Positions 8,601 through 17,215 of a stretch of DNA of 45,757 nt are shown here, one piece after another. Numbering within the stretch: the first letter of the stretch is position 1; every line of letters starts with the position of its first letter. Source of the DNA: Candidatus Woesearchaeota archaeon. Its GTDB lineage: Archaea; Nanobdellota; Nanobdellia; Woesearchaeales; GW2011-AR4. The notes beneath the pieces are model-generated. The model did not search any database. It was not told the DNA's origin and saw nothing but the letters and a program-made list of their open reading frames with translations. Location: NCBI GenBank assembly GCA_018303645.1, contig JAGVXR010000058.1, positions 1-45,757 on the forward strand. The letters run 5' to 3'. Made by a program: the position numbers and the translations under genes.

Positions 8601-9806
8601 ATGACAAATAAACAAATAATTCCGATTATTGTATTTTTGCTGTGCATTGGCATAGCAAATGCAATTGAATTTTACGAGGGCAGTGTTGTCATAAACACTT
8701 TCAACGCAGATGTAAGCATAGGGCAGAATGCAGATGTCACTCTTAATTACACTTTAGCTGGGAACGAGAAGGTAAGCCTTAATTTTGAGAATGTACCTGA
8801 ATCAGCCCAGATAACAGCAAATGGGCAGAGTTACGGGAGAAGCTTTGACTTGGAAATAAACGGCAGCGCTTTTATATTGGTTAAATATACTGCTGATGTT
8901 GGAACAGAAGCTATAAAAGAGCTTACAATTGACCCGAATATTCTGTTTAATGGATTGGTAAGCGCAAACAGGGTTCAAAATTATTTTGTCAAGATAAAAA
9001 TGCCTTCCAATGTCAACGAGCTTTTAAGCTCAAGCGAAAGCCCGTCAGAAATCTCAACAGAGGGCGGAAGGAAGGTTTTTATTTGGGAAAAAACAAATGC
9101 CTATGCCTCTTCGCTGACAATAGACTGGCACACATTGAATGTAAACATTGACGTGGAAAGGATTGTCCCAAGCGAAATAACCGATGAATTTGTTGTTAAG
9201 AATGTAATAAGAAACAATGGCAACGATATCTCAAATGTAAGATTGGTCCAGACATGGCTGGAAGGCGACTTTGACCCTGTTTCGCCGCTAAATGAGTTTG
9301 AAAGGATAGAAGCCGGCAATGACAGAAGGCTCGAGTGGAAAAAAACAATCTCATCAATTCCGGGCGGCTCTGTGGGCGAGTTTTCTTACAGGCTAAAAGT
9401 ATTGAACAGGGGGGAAAATGTCGTTTTCAGGCATTTATATCTCTATGTCGGCGATGTCTTGGTAAAAATAGTTGAGAAGGCAGAGTACACAACATTGGGA
9501 AGCGCAGAGCCATCCAACATAAGCGACATAAACGTAACAAGCGCAACAGAGGTTGCAGCATTTGTGACTGAAGATGGTATAATAGTGCCTGAAGAGCCTT
9601 CTGAAGATGGTGCAAGCCTGATTCCTCCGATAACAGAAGAAGATATTGAAGCGGAATTCCTGCCTGAAGCGCCACCAAAAAAAGAACCCACTATCCCGGA
9701 CAGAAGGACATTGTTCTGGACGGGCATTTTGGTTGCCATATTGGCGCTTGTCGTCTTGCTGTTTATTTACTTAAACAGAAGAAAGGAAAAGGGCGTTAAA
9801 TTCTAG
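8601..9806 (+). CDS. Surface protein with N-terminal signal and C-terminal transmembrane anchor (hypothetical)
   Basis: MTNKQIIPIIVFLLCIGIANA signal. C-terminal LFWTGILVAILALVVLLFIYLNRRKEKG. Alternative ATG at 8589 overlaps the upstream stop. Confidence 0.6.
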   Translation: MTNKQIIPIIVFLLCIGIANAIEFYEGSVVINTFNADVSIGQNADVTLNYTLAGNEKVSLNFENVPESAQITANGQSYGRSFDLEINGSAFILVKYTADVGTEAIKELTIDPNILFNGLVSANRVQNYFVKIKMPSNVNELLSSSESPSEISTEGGRKVFIWEKTNAYASSLTIDWHTLNVNIDVERIVPSEITDEFVVKNVIRNNGNDISNVRLVQTWLEGDFDPVSPLNEFERIEAGNDRRLEWKKTISSIPGGSVGEFSYRLKVLNRGENVVFRHLYLYVGDVLVKIVEKAEYTTLGSAEPSNISDINVTSATEVAAFVTEDGIIVPEEPSEDGASLIPPITEEDIEAEFLPEAPPKKEPTIPDRRTLFWTGILVAILALVVLLFIYLNRRKEKGVKF

Positions 9807-9852
9807 ATACTGTCAAAAAATTTAAGTATATGGCTGCTTATTTTTGATTATA

Positions 9853-10614
9853 ATGCGCAAATCACAATCTGCCATTGAATTCATCAGCTTAGCTACTTTC
9901 ATGCTTTTGGTGATACTCGGCTTTTTTGCCATAACAAGCTCCAAGATACTGGAGTCAAAAGAAGAGGGGAACAGGGAAATCGCTGCAGACATTGCCGATT
10001 TCGCCTACCGCGAGATAGAGATCGCAAAGTCAGTCAATGACGGCTACACAAGGGTTTTTTCCATGCCACAGACAGTCAACGGCGTCAATTACAGCATAAA
10101 AATAACTGACAACAGGGAGCTTGCCGTGGATTACCTTGGCTACGAGCATGTAAGATTCCTGCCTTCGAATGTTACCGGAAACCTCACCAAGGGCACAAAT
10201 ATGATCAGCAAGGCAAATGGCGTTATTTTTATAAACGGAAGCCAAATTGAAATATCCCCCTTTCTCACAATCCTTTTAATGAAAAACAACAATATTAATG
10301 CCATCGGCTTTGACAATAGCGGAAATGTTATTTTAAGGGGGGGCCTGCAGCAAAACATCGCCAATCCCCAAATTACGGGCGATGATGAGTTTATATTTAG
10401 GGACAGCAATGGAAACAATGTTGCAGTCATAAATCTTGTAAATGGCAACATGTTTATAAAAGGAAGCCTCCAGGAGAACCAAGCATCATTAACGCCATCT
10501 GCTTTCAGCAGCGATTTCATTGTGAAAGCCCAAAATGGGAATGTAATCGCGTATTTTGACGAATCCGGTAATCTCTACTTAAAAGGCACTTTAACTCAAA
10601 ATGGAAATCCTTGA
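9853..10614 (+). CDS. Archaeal type IV pilin-like protein (class III signal peptide)
   Basis: N-terminus MRKSQSAIEFISLATFMLLVILGFF has a charged head, then a Q/S cleavage-type site, then a hydrophobic helix. TATA-like TTTAAGTATA at 9819-9828. The track's TTG at 9844 is less likely. Confidence 0.6.
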   Translation: MRKSQSAIEFISLATFMLLVILGFFAITSSKILESKEEGNREIAADIADFAYREIEIAKSVNDGYTRVFSMPQTVNGVNYSIKITDNRELAVDYLGYEHVRFLPSNVTGNLTKGTNMISKANGVIFINGSQIEISPFLTILLMKNNNINAIGFDNSGNVILRGGLQQNIANPQITGDDEFIFRDSNGNNVAVINLVNGNMFIKGSLQENQASLTPSAFSSDFIVKAQNGNVIAYFDESGNLYLKGTLTQNGNP

Positions 10615-10632
10615 GGTGAAAAAAATGGAAAA
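10611..10632 (+). repeat. 22-bp exact direct repeat, copy 1 (TTGAGGTGAAAAAAATGGAAAA)
   Basis: Identical to 11411-11432, exactly 800 bp away. Contains SD GAGGTGA plus ATGGAAAA. Confidence 0.9.
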
Positions 10633-10659
10633 AATCAGTGAGATAAATGTGATGCAATA

Positions 10660-11079
10660 CTACTTTAGTCCAAGCTCATTAATCAATTCAGAAGTGGTAA
10701 GCACTTTGACTTTTGATTGCATTTTGAAAGCCTTTTCATCCGACCAAATTGCACAGTTTGATTTCAATGCTAATGCAAAATACTCTATATCTTTTGAATG
10801 TGGCGAGATCTCTTTAGCATCAGAAATCTTATCCATGAAGTCTTCTAGTGGCATAAATTTAATCCTTAATTTCATAATACTTATAAAGTTATCAAAATCC
10901 TCATGCGAAAACCCTGATTTAAACCTTATCTCTTCTCGGTTATTTTCCAGCTCAGCCAGCATTCTAAATGGCGTAAAAAAATCTGTTGCGTCGGAGAAAA
11001 ATATTCCCATTGCCGCCGAACTTAATTTTTTACCTATTATTACAGAAAAAACTCGATTTGCATCGATTATTAACCTCAT
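10660..11079 (-). CDS. vapC: PIN-domain protein (VapC-like toxin)
   Basis: MRLIIDANRVFSVI N-terminal acidic motif and DIEYFALALKSNCAIWSDEKAF C-terminal PIN-like motif. Lies 12 nt downstream of a small partner gene. Confidence 0.6.
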   Translation of the reverse strand: MRLIIDANRVFSVIIGKKLSSAAMGIFFSDATDFFTPFRMLAELENNREEIRFKSGFSHEDFDNFISIMKLRIKFMPLEDFMDKISDAKEISPHSKDIEYFALALKSNCAIWSDEKAFKMQSKVKVLTTSELINELGLK

Positions 11080-11091
11080 TTTAGAGTTAAT

Positions 11092-11349
11092 TTACGCTAT
11101 GCCTTTCTCTTCGAGTTCCTTAGAAATGCCATTAGAAACTTTCTTTCCCAACTCTAAAGCATCTTTTTCCGTTAATTTGCTTTTAGACGCTAATGCCTCA
11201 AGCAGGGCTTTCTGCAATTCTTTTGACCTAGAAAGTCGCAACTCAAATGCCTTTGCTTTTATAGCTTCCTCAGCTACTTTAGACCAATCTACCTCAGGAA
11301 ATTCCCTTATCTTGTTTTCCAATTCCTTTGATAACTGCAATATCGGCAT
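11092..11349 (-). CDS. Small helical antitoxin-like protein (VapB-like partner)
   Basis: 85 aa, charged and coiled-coil-like, immediately upstream of the PIN gene on the same strand. Confidence 0.45.
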   Translation of the reverse strand: MPILQLSKELENKIREFPEVDWSKVAEEAIKAKAFELRLSRSKELQKALLEALASKSKLTEKDALELGKKVSNGISKELEEKGIA

Positions 11350-11410
11350 TTTATTACCATTTTATTCAAAGCCCAATCTGCTATATAAACCTTTCGTTCA
11401 AGAATATTTA

Positions 11411-11432
11411 TTGAGGTGAAAAAAATGGAAAA
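11411..11432 (+). repeat. 22-bp exact direct repeat, copy 2 (overlaps SD and start of the tail-fibre-like gene)
   Basis: Identical to 10611-10632. Confidence 0.9.
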
Positions 11433-12327
11433 TATAAGTAGGACAAAAATAGAAAATAAAAAAGAAAAATATTATAAAAATAAAAAATCCATCTTAAGGT
11501 CCTCTTTAGCCTCAACTTTGAAGCTTGTCTTAGCGATAGCTCTATTTGCCATATTTGCTTTAATTGTAAATGCAGGCGATGTAATAGTTGAAAATGGCAA
11601 AATAAATGTTGACAGCAAATTGTATGTAGATGATGCTGGAAAAGTCGGCATCGGGACGACGAGTCCGGCTGGGATGGTTCATATTTTTGGTGGTGGGGCA
11701 ACCGCGCGCCTGATTCTGCAAAAGAGTTCGTCAGGCGCTGGCAATGCGATGCAGTTCAGAGACGAAACTAATGCCGCAAAGGCTATGTTGGGCATAGCAG
11801 AGGTTGCAAACGGAGGCGTCGTGGGGTCAGCGCTCAACGACTTCTTTGTAAGGGCTGAAGGCACTCAAAGGATTATGCTTTCACCAAATAACGGTGATAC
11901 CATCGGAGTAGTTATCAATTCAGCCGGCAACGTCGGCATCGGGACGACAAGCCCAAGCTACAGGCTAGATGTTGCAGGCGATGCGCATGCAACAAGCTTT
12001 CCCACCTCATCTGATGCGAGGCTCAAAAAGAATATAGCGCCAGTCACCAACTCGCTTGACAAGCTGAAAAATGTCAATGGAGTCTATTTTGAGTGGAATG
12101 AAAAATACAAGCAGCTTGGAAGAGCTACAAATGGAAAGCAGATTGGAATTATTGCGCAGGATTTGGAGAAAGAATTTCCAGAGCTTGTAACCACGTGGGG
12201 TAATGAAAGCTACAGGGCTGTTGATTATGGAAGATTAACTGCAGTCCTTCTCGAGGCTGTAAAAGAACTTGATGCGGAAAATCAGGAACTAAAGCAAAGA
12301 GTTGAAGATTTAGAGGCAAAAGCTTAA
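11425..12327 (+). CDS. Tail-fibre-like protein with C-terminal intramolecular chaperone auto-processing (peptidase S74-type) domain
   Basis: N-terminal TM anchor, GIGTTSP repeats, then SSDARLKKNIAPV...NGVYFEWNEKY...GIIAQDLEKEFPELV...AVDYGRLTAVLLEAVKELDAENQELKQRVEDLE. SD GAGGTGA lies 5 nt upstream of the ATG. Confidence 0.7.
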   Translation: MENISRTKIENKKEKYYKNKKSILRSSLASTLKLVLAIALFAIFALIVNAGDVIVENGKINVDSKLYVDDAGKVGIGTTSPAGMVHIFGGGATARLILQKSSSGAGNAMQFRDETNAAKAMLGIAEVANGGVVGSALNDFFVRAEGTQRIMLSPNNGDTIGVVINSAGNVGIGTTSPSYRLDVAGDAHATSFPTSSDARLKKNIAPVTNSLDKLKNVNGVYFEWNEKYKQLGRATNGKQIGIIAQDLEKEFPELVTTWGNESYRAVDYGRLTAVLLEAVKELDAENQELKQRVEDLEAKA

Positions 12328-12336
12328 TAATCTATC

Positions 12337-14241
12337 TTAAACATACGGAATATTCTCATGAAACTTAATCCCGTAGACATAGATATAGTTCCAGAACAAG
12401 CCCTTTTTTCTTGTGACAAAGACTGAAAATCCCGCATCCCTAAACATTTTTTCCACCACCTTGTCATTTGAAAGCCATGCAACATTCGGTATCACCCTGA
12501 AGAAGTCTGCATAGTCCACAAACACAATTTTGCCGCCATACGGCAGCAAGCCGCGCATCTCCCTCAGCACCTTTTTTACATCCTGCAGGTAGCCCATCAT
12601 GCCTATGCTTACAACAGCGTCAACATGCGGAATGGAGGGATGCACCCTGTTCACCTGGTGCTCATCATGGACAACAATCACATGGGTGTGCCCCTTTTTA
12701 AAAAGCCTTCTCTTTGTTATAATCAGGTCTTTTCTTGACAGATCGGTTGCATAAACCCTGCCATTAGGCTTTACTGCTTCTGCAAGATGCATTGTAAGCG
12801 TTCCAACCGAGCAGCCGAATTCCAGCACCTTTTTTCCCTTTACATCCCCAAGCAACGCAAGTATCTCCTTTCTTATGCTTTTCGGGAGCACCATCTTCTC
12901 TGTGAGAAGCGTTGCATATGCAAGCATATCATTAATTTTTATGATTGCATCCGGATTATAGTAGATTTCAAGCATGAGATAAACAGGCATGCCGACAAAA
13001 ATAAGCGACAAGCCAAGCTTTAGGGTGCCAAGCGCATTTGGCTCATTCAAAAGCCATGCACCCATAATGCCGAGAATGAAGATTATTACAATGGAAGCGC
13101 CAACTCCTGCAAACGGCGCTTTAAACCTTCTTTGCACAGAAGGCTCTTTAATTCTCAGCACAGGCACTGATAAAATCACAAAAATATAGAGTATCAATCC
13201 CAATGGCAGCAATAAGCTTAGCAATGCCTTATACCTCCCGAATACCATTCCAAAGACTGCAAGCGCAACTATTGTCTGGAAAATAATGGCTTTGTACGGG
13301 GTTTTAAAGTTTGGATGTATTTCGCTGAACTGGGATATAAACAATTTGTCCCTTGCCAATGCAAGTATAAGCCTCGGAAGGGTTATTATTTCACCTGCAG
13401 CAGAACCAATCAAAGCTATGAAAATGCCTATGTTTACAGCCAGCATGCCAATATTTCCCATTGCTTTTTCCGATACAAGCGACAAAGGAGCAGAGCTTGA
13501 AACAAGCATCTTCCACGGGATTACTCCCAATGAGACAACTGCAACAAGAATTCCCATTGCCCCCACTACTATTGTTCCCCACACAATCGCCTTGGGTATT
13601 ATCTTTTCAGGCTCTTCTGTTTCCTCAGCAAGATAAGTTGCGGACTCCCAGCCAAAAAAGCTTTCGGCAATGTAAAAAATGCTGATGAAAATCGAGGCTG
13701 TCCCTAAAGTGAAGAAGGGGGAATAATTTGAGAAGTCTATGTGAAAAGCTCCCGGAACCACTATGGATGCCACAACCCCAATTGACAATGCAGCTATAAT
13801 AACAACAACAATCCCGCTTGCCTCGATGCCTATATATGCAATAATGTTCAGAAGGATTATGAAAAAAACGCTTATGATTATTTTCAGCCAGAAAGCTGAA
13901 GAAGGCATGAGATAGTCAATGGCTGCCGCTATCACCAATGCTGTTGTGAGATTGCCAACAATCCACGCGAGCCAGCCTATCATGAACGAGAAAAACCTGC
14001 TGTAGGCGTGCTTGCTGAACTCATAGATGCCGCCTGCCTTTGGGTAAGCGGATGAAAGCTCTGCAAAAAACGTGCTTATGTAAACTGCAATAAGCGTCAG
14101 AGCAGCCCATGCAATTATTGAGGCGTTTCCGGAATAGTTGGCTGCTATCGAAACCCCAAAGAACAAGCCCGTGCCCATAATGGAGGCAATTGCCAAAGAC
14201 AGGATTGTCCAAAAGCCCAAAACCCTCTTTAATTCAGCCAT
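12337..14241 (-). CDS. APC-superfamily amino acid permease fused to a C-terminal class I SAM-dependent methyltransferase domain
   Basis: About 430 aa of polytopic membrane sequence, then VLEFGCSVGTLTMHLAE...ATDLS...GGKIVFVDY. TATA TTTTTAAA lies 30 nt upstream of the ATG. Confidence 0.7.
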   Translation of the reverse strand: MAELKRVLGFWTILSLAIASIMGTGLFFGVSIAANYSGNASIIAWAALTLIAVYISTFFAELSSAYPKAGGIYEFSKHAYSRFFSFMIGWLAWIVGNLTTALVIAAAIDYLMPSSAFWLKIIISVFFIILLNIIAYIGIEASGIVVVIIAALSIGVVASIVVPGAFHIDFSNYSPFFTLGTASIFISIFYIAESFFGWESATYLAEETEEPEKIIPKAIVWGTIVVGAMGILVAVVSLGVIPWKMLVSSSAPLSLVSEKAMGNIGMLAVNIGIFIALIGSAAGEIITLPRLILALARDKLFISQFSEIHPNFKTPYKAIIFQTIVALAVFGMVFGRYKALLSLLLPLGLILYIFVILSVPVLRIKEPSVQRRFKAPFAGVGASIVIIFILGIMGAWLLNEPNALGTLKLGLSLIFVGMPVYLMLEIYYNPDAIIKINDMLAYATLLTEKMVLPKSIRKEILALLGDVKGKKVLEFGCSVGTLTMHLAEAVKPNGRVYATDLSRKDLIITKRRLFKKGHTHVIVVHDEHQVNRVHPSIPHVDAVVSIGMMGYLQDVKKVLREMRGLLPYGGKIVFVDYADFFRVIPNVAWLSNDKVVEKMFRDAGFSVFVTRKKGLFWNYIYVYGIKFHENIPYV

Positions 14242-14329
14242 TGCTTACTCATTTTTTGATATGTTTAAAAATAAGTGTTTATACTTGAATGTGGTAAAAT
14301 TTATATATGAAGCGGATAACCAAATTAAT

Positions 14330-15040
14330 ATGAAAATAATGATGGTTGAAGGGCACTATAAAGGCAGGATAGACTTATCAAATTTAGATGCAGGCACGCT
14401 GCCAAAAAATATCGGGCTGGCCACAACTGCCCAGTTTCTTGACTATGTTGGCGAAATAACGCAATTTCTCGAGCAGAACGGCAAAAAAGTCTTTGCAGGC
14501 AAAATAAGGCAAAAGTATGAAGGGCAGCTGCTTGGCTGCGACACAGGCGCTGCTGAAAAGATAAAAGACAATGTAGATGCCTTCCTTTACATAGGCACGG
14601 GCGTTTTCCACCCATTGGGCATTGCATTGAATGTTGAAAAGGAAGTATTCTGCTACGATCCTATAAACGCAATAATATCAAAAATAGACAGAAGCGAGGT
14701 GGACAAATACAACAGGAAAAGAAAAGCCGCTTATATGAAATTTATGGAAGCAACTGAAATCGGCATTTTGGTTTCCTTAAAGCCGGGGCAGAACAACTTC
14801 AGGAAAGCTGTTGAGCTGAAAAGGCAGTTAAAGGGCAAGAACTGCTATATTTTTGCATTTGACACCTTGGATTTCAGCCAGATTGAAAACTTTCCTTTTG
14901 TGCAGTGCTGGGTTAATACTGCATGCAACCGCATACTCGATGACTATTCAAAATTCCCAAAGCCTTTGGTAGACTTAAGCGACTTAGAAAAAATGGAACT
15001 GCTAACTGTTGCCGCCAACTATAATAGCGGACGTAACTAA
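14330..15040 (+). CDS. dph2: Diphthamide synthase Dph2-like protein lacking the N-terminal domain
   Basis: TTAQF...GQLLGCD...YIGTGVFHPLG...VSLKPGQ...FPFVQCWVNTACNRILDDY aligns with domains 2-3 of archaeal Dph2. TATA about 30 nt upstream of ATG 14330. The upstream part of the track ORF overlaps the permease gene and is discounted. Confidence 0.65.
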   Translation: MKIMMVEGHYKGRIDLSNLDAGTLPKNIGLATTAQFLDYVGEITQFLEQNGKKVFAGKIRQKYEGQLLGCDTGAAEKIKDNVDAFLYIGTGVFHPLGIALNVEKEVFCYDPINAIISKIDRSEVDKYNRKRKAAYMKFMEATEIGILVSLKPGQNNFRKAVELKRQLKGKNCYIFAFDTLDFSQIENFPFVQCWVNTACNRILDDYSKFPKPLVDLSDLEKMELLTVAANYNSGRN

Positions 15041-15069
15041 ATTATAAATTATCCGCTATTATATCGGGA

Positions 15070-15103
15070 GGACACAACAATTTTTAATTAATTATTTGTG
15101 TCC
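15070..15103. terminator. Hairpin between convergent genes (GGACACAA / TTGTGTCC, T-rich loop)
   Basis: 8-bp perfect inverted repeat at 15070-15077 and 15096-15103, with an 18-nt loop containing T5. Confidence 0.35.
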
Positions 15104-15113
15104 GACATTATAG

Positions 15114-15377
15114 TCATCTCTTCTTTTTTTCCGAAAGCAGGTAAATCATTGTCTTGATTTCATTCAGCTCCTTCTTTGAGACGTCAACCATCAGGCTTAA
15201 AAGGATGAACAATATCAATAAGGTAAGCCAGTTGAAAATGGCTATAACCATCAGCCAGCTTATCTGACCGCTCTCGGCATTGTACACCTGGTTGATAAGC
15301 TGAAAACCTAGAACAGCAGCGCCTATGCCTACAATTAGGAGAATCAACTCAAAAACATTCATCTTGCTTCTGGGCAT
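15114..15377 (-). CDS. Small two-TM membrane protein (hypothetical)
   Basis: 87-aa ORF with two hydrophobic helices and a charged tail. Confidence 0.5.
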   Translation of the reverse strand: MPRSKMNVFELILLIVGIGAAVLGFQLINQVYNAESGQISWLMVIAIFNWLTLLILFILLSLMVDVSKKELNEIKTMIYLLSEKKKR

Positions 15378-15421
15378 AAAAACCTCTTTTCTGTGAATAT
15401 TGGATTACTATTATTTAAACT

Positions 15422-17215
15422 TTATTGTTGCTTGAGCCTGTAGAACTTAAATGCTACAAATACTGTAGTGATTACTGCAATAAGTCCTGCAGCAATAAAA
15501 ATGCTTCCTTCTCCAGCAAAATCTTTAATAGAAAATCCCGTCAATTGATTTGTTTCTTTTTCCTTGCCAGCACTTGCAGCAATAGTTAGATTTTTTTCTT
15601 TGCATGGGTTGCAGACACCGCCGCAGTCAACTTCTTGCTCATTCTGGTTTTTTATATTGTCGCTGCATGTTTCTGCTGCCAATGCCAATTGTTTTGGCAT
15701 TTCACATTTCTGAGTTATTGCAGGCGGGCTTGACGAGCTTGGGCATTCTGTTTCCTGCACATGCTGGGGCACTTTTACAAAATCGCATTGCCTTGCCTGT
15801 AACTCATTAACGCAATTGTTCCATTCACCGCACTTCCAATCCATGTTGCAGACAAAAGTCAAACCGCCTCCAGAGCCTCCGCCTCCTCCCCCGCCGCTGC
15901 TGCCACCGCCGGAAGAACTTGAGGAACTTGGAGGATTACATCCATCGTTGGTGTGCTGGCTCGGATTATTGTCGCAATTGTCAGTCCCTAGAGCGCATCC
16001 TTCCCCATATCCATCTCCATCAGCATCCCTGCACTGCTCCTTGACAGCAGAGTGGCTTAAGCCTGTTATTTTGTATCTTGAGCCTGTGTCAAAGCAAGCG
16101 TATTGTCCGCTTGTGGTGTTGTCACATACAACTAAAGTTTCATTTGCTGAATCGCAGGCTGAGCTTATCGACTCAAAGCCTGCATCAGCATCTTTTATGC
16201 AAACGGATTTAGCAGTTGTGTTTATTTTTTCAAGGAAAATTGTTTTTTTAAAACCTAATAAATTAATGTTGCCTCTTATAGAAACTGCGCTGCTGCCATT
16301 GGTTGTTTTGTTGATTGTCAAATTGCCAAAATCAAGGATATTTGATGAATTAAATGTGAAGTTAAACTCCATGATTGTGTCTGTGCCGTTAGTTATATTG
16401 ATTGTAAAAGTTCCATTGAACAGCTTTGACAAATTTGATGTTCCATTTATAGCTATGCTTAAGGATAAAGTAGTGTTTATCGATGATAAATTCCCAACCA
16501 AGAAATCATTTTCGTCAGAGATACCATCATTATCATCGTCAGTATCGCTGAAGTCCGGATTGCCGTCATTGTCCAAGTCACGGGCACCATTTATAGTTAT
16601 ATTGATTACCAAAGAATCAACATCAAAACTATCGTTAGCAGTTACATTAACTTTGTAAAATCCAGCATCGCTTAAATTTGTATTCCAGACAAATGAGTTA
16701 CCCTCACGAGAAAATCTTGAATCATTAATTGAGTAATCCAAAATATCATTGTCCAAGTCATTTGCATTAAGGCTTATGTTTACTTTCTGCGTTTCACTTA
16801 ATTCTATGGATGTTGTGCTTATGTTTATTGTTGGTTTTCCGTTTAATATGGTAATTTTTGAGCTGTTCATAAAATCGCTCCAGTTGAATCCGTCAAAAAC
16901 CCTCACGGAAAAAGTCCAATTCTCAAGCTTAGTTGTGTTTATTGCATGGATGAAGGTTTGGTTTGTGTAGTTTGTTATTGGCGTGTTATTGATGTACCAT
17001 AACGTTTCATTTGCAGTAATGCTGTCATTGTCAAAATCAGAAAAGCTCCAGAATGCTTGCAAAGTGCCGTTTGTTCTGTTGAGGAAGTCTGTGTTTGTCA
17101 GGTTTGCTGACGTAACAAGAGGGGCTACATTTGTGTTATCAACAGTTAGGTTCCAAGATAAAGACGATTGTAAGCTTCCATCAGACACAATAACAGTTAT
17201 GTTATAAAAACCCAC
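15422..17215 (-). pseudogene. Subtilase gene, third fragment: Ig-like repeat region, Cys-rich modules, Ser/Gly linker, C-terminal TM anchor
   Basis: Its frame continues upstream to 17314 (TGDAITTSWYQNGTLK...) and overlaps the previous fragment. Ends in IFIAAGLIAVITTVFVAFKFY. Confidence 0.6.

Noticed and set aside
10601-11419. 272-aa plus-strand ORF spanning the region between the pilin-like and tail-fibre-like genes
   Set aside because: It is antisense to two well-formed minus-strand genes (the PIN toxin and its partner). It has Ser/Leu/Ile-rich shadow-ORF composition. It starts at the duplicated RBS/ATG copy created by the 22-bp repeat.
14138-14329. N-terminal 64-codon extension of the Dph2 ORF
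   Set aside because: It overlaps the start of the opposite-strand permease gene and its promoter, it does not resemble Dph2 domain 1, and ATG 14330 has correct TATA spacing.
15816-16658. 280-aa plus-strand ORF with a poly-Pro tract
   Set aside because: It is antisense to the subtilase C-terminal fragment. The poly-Pro is the complement of the Ser/Gly linker codons.
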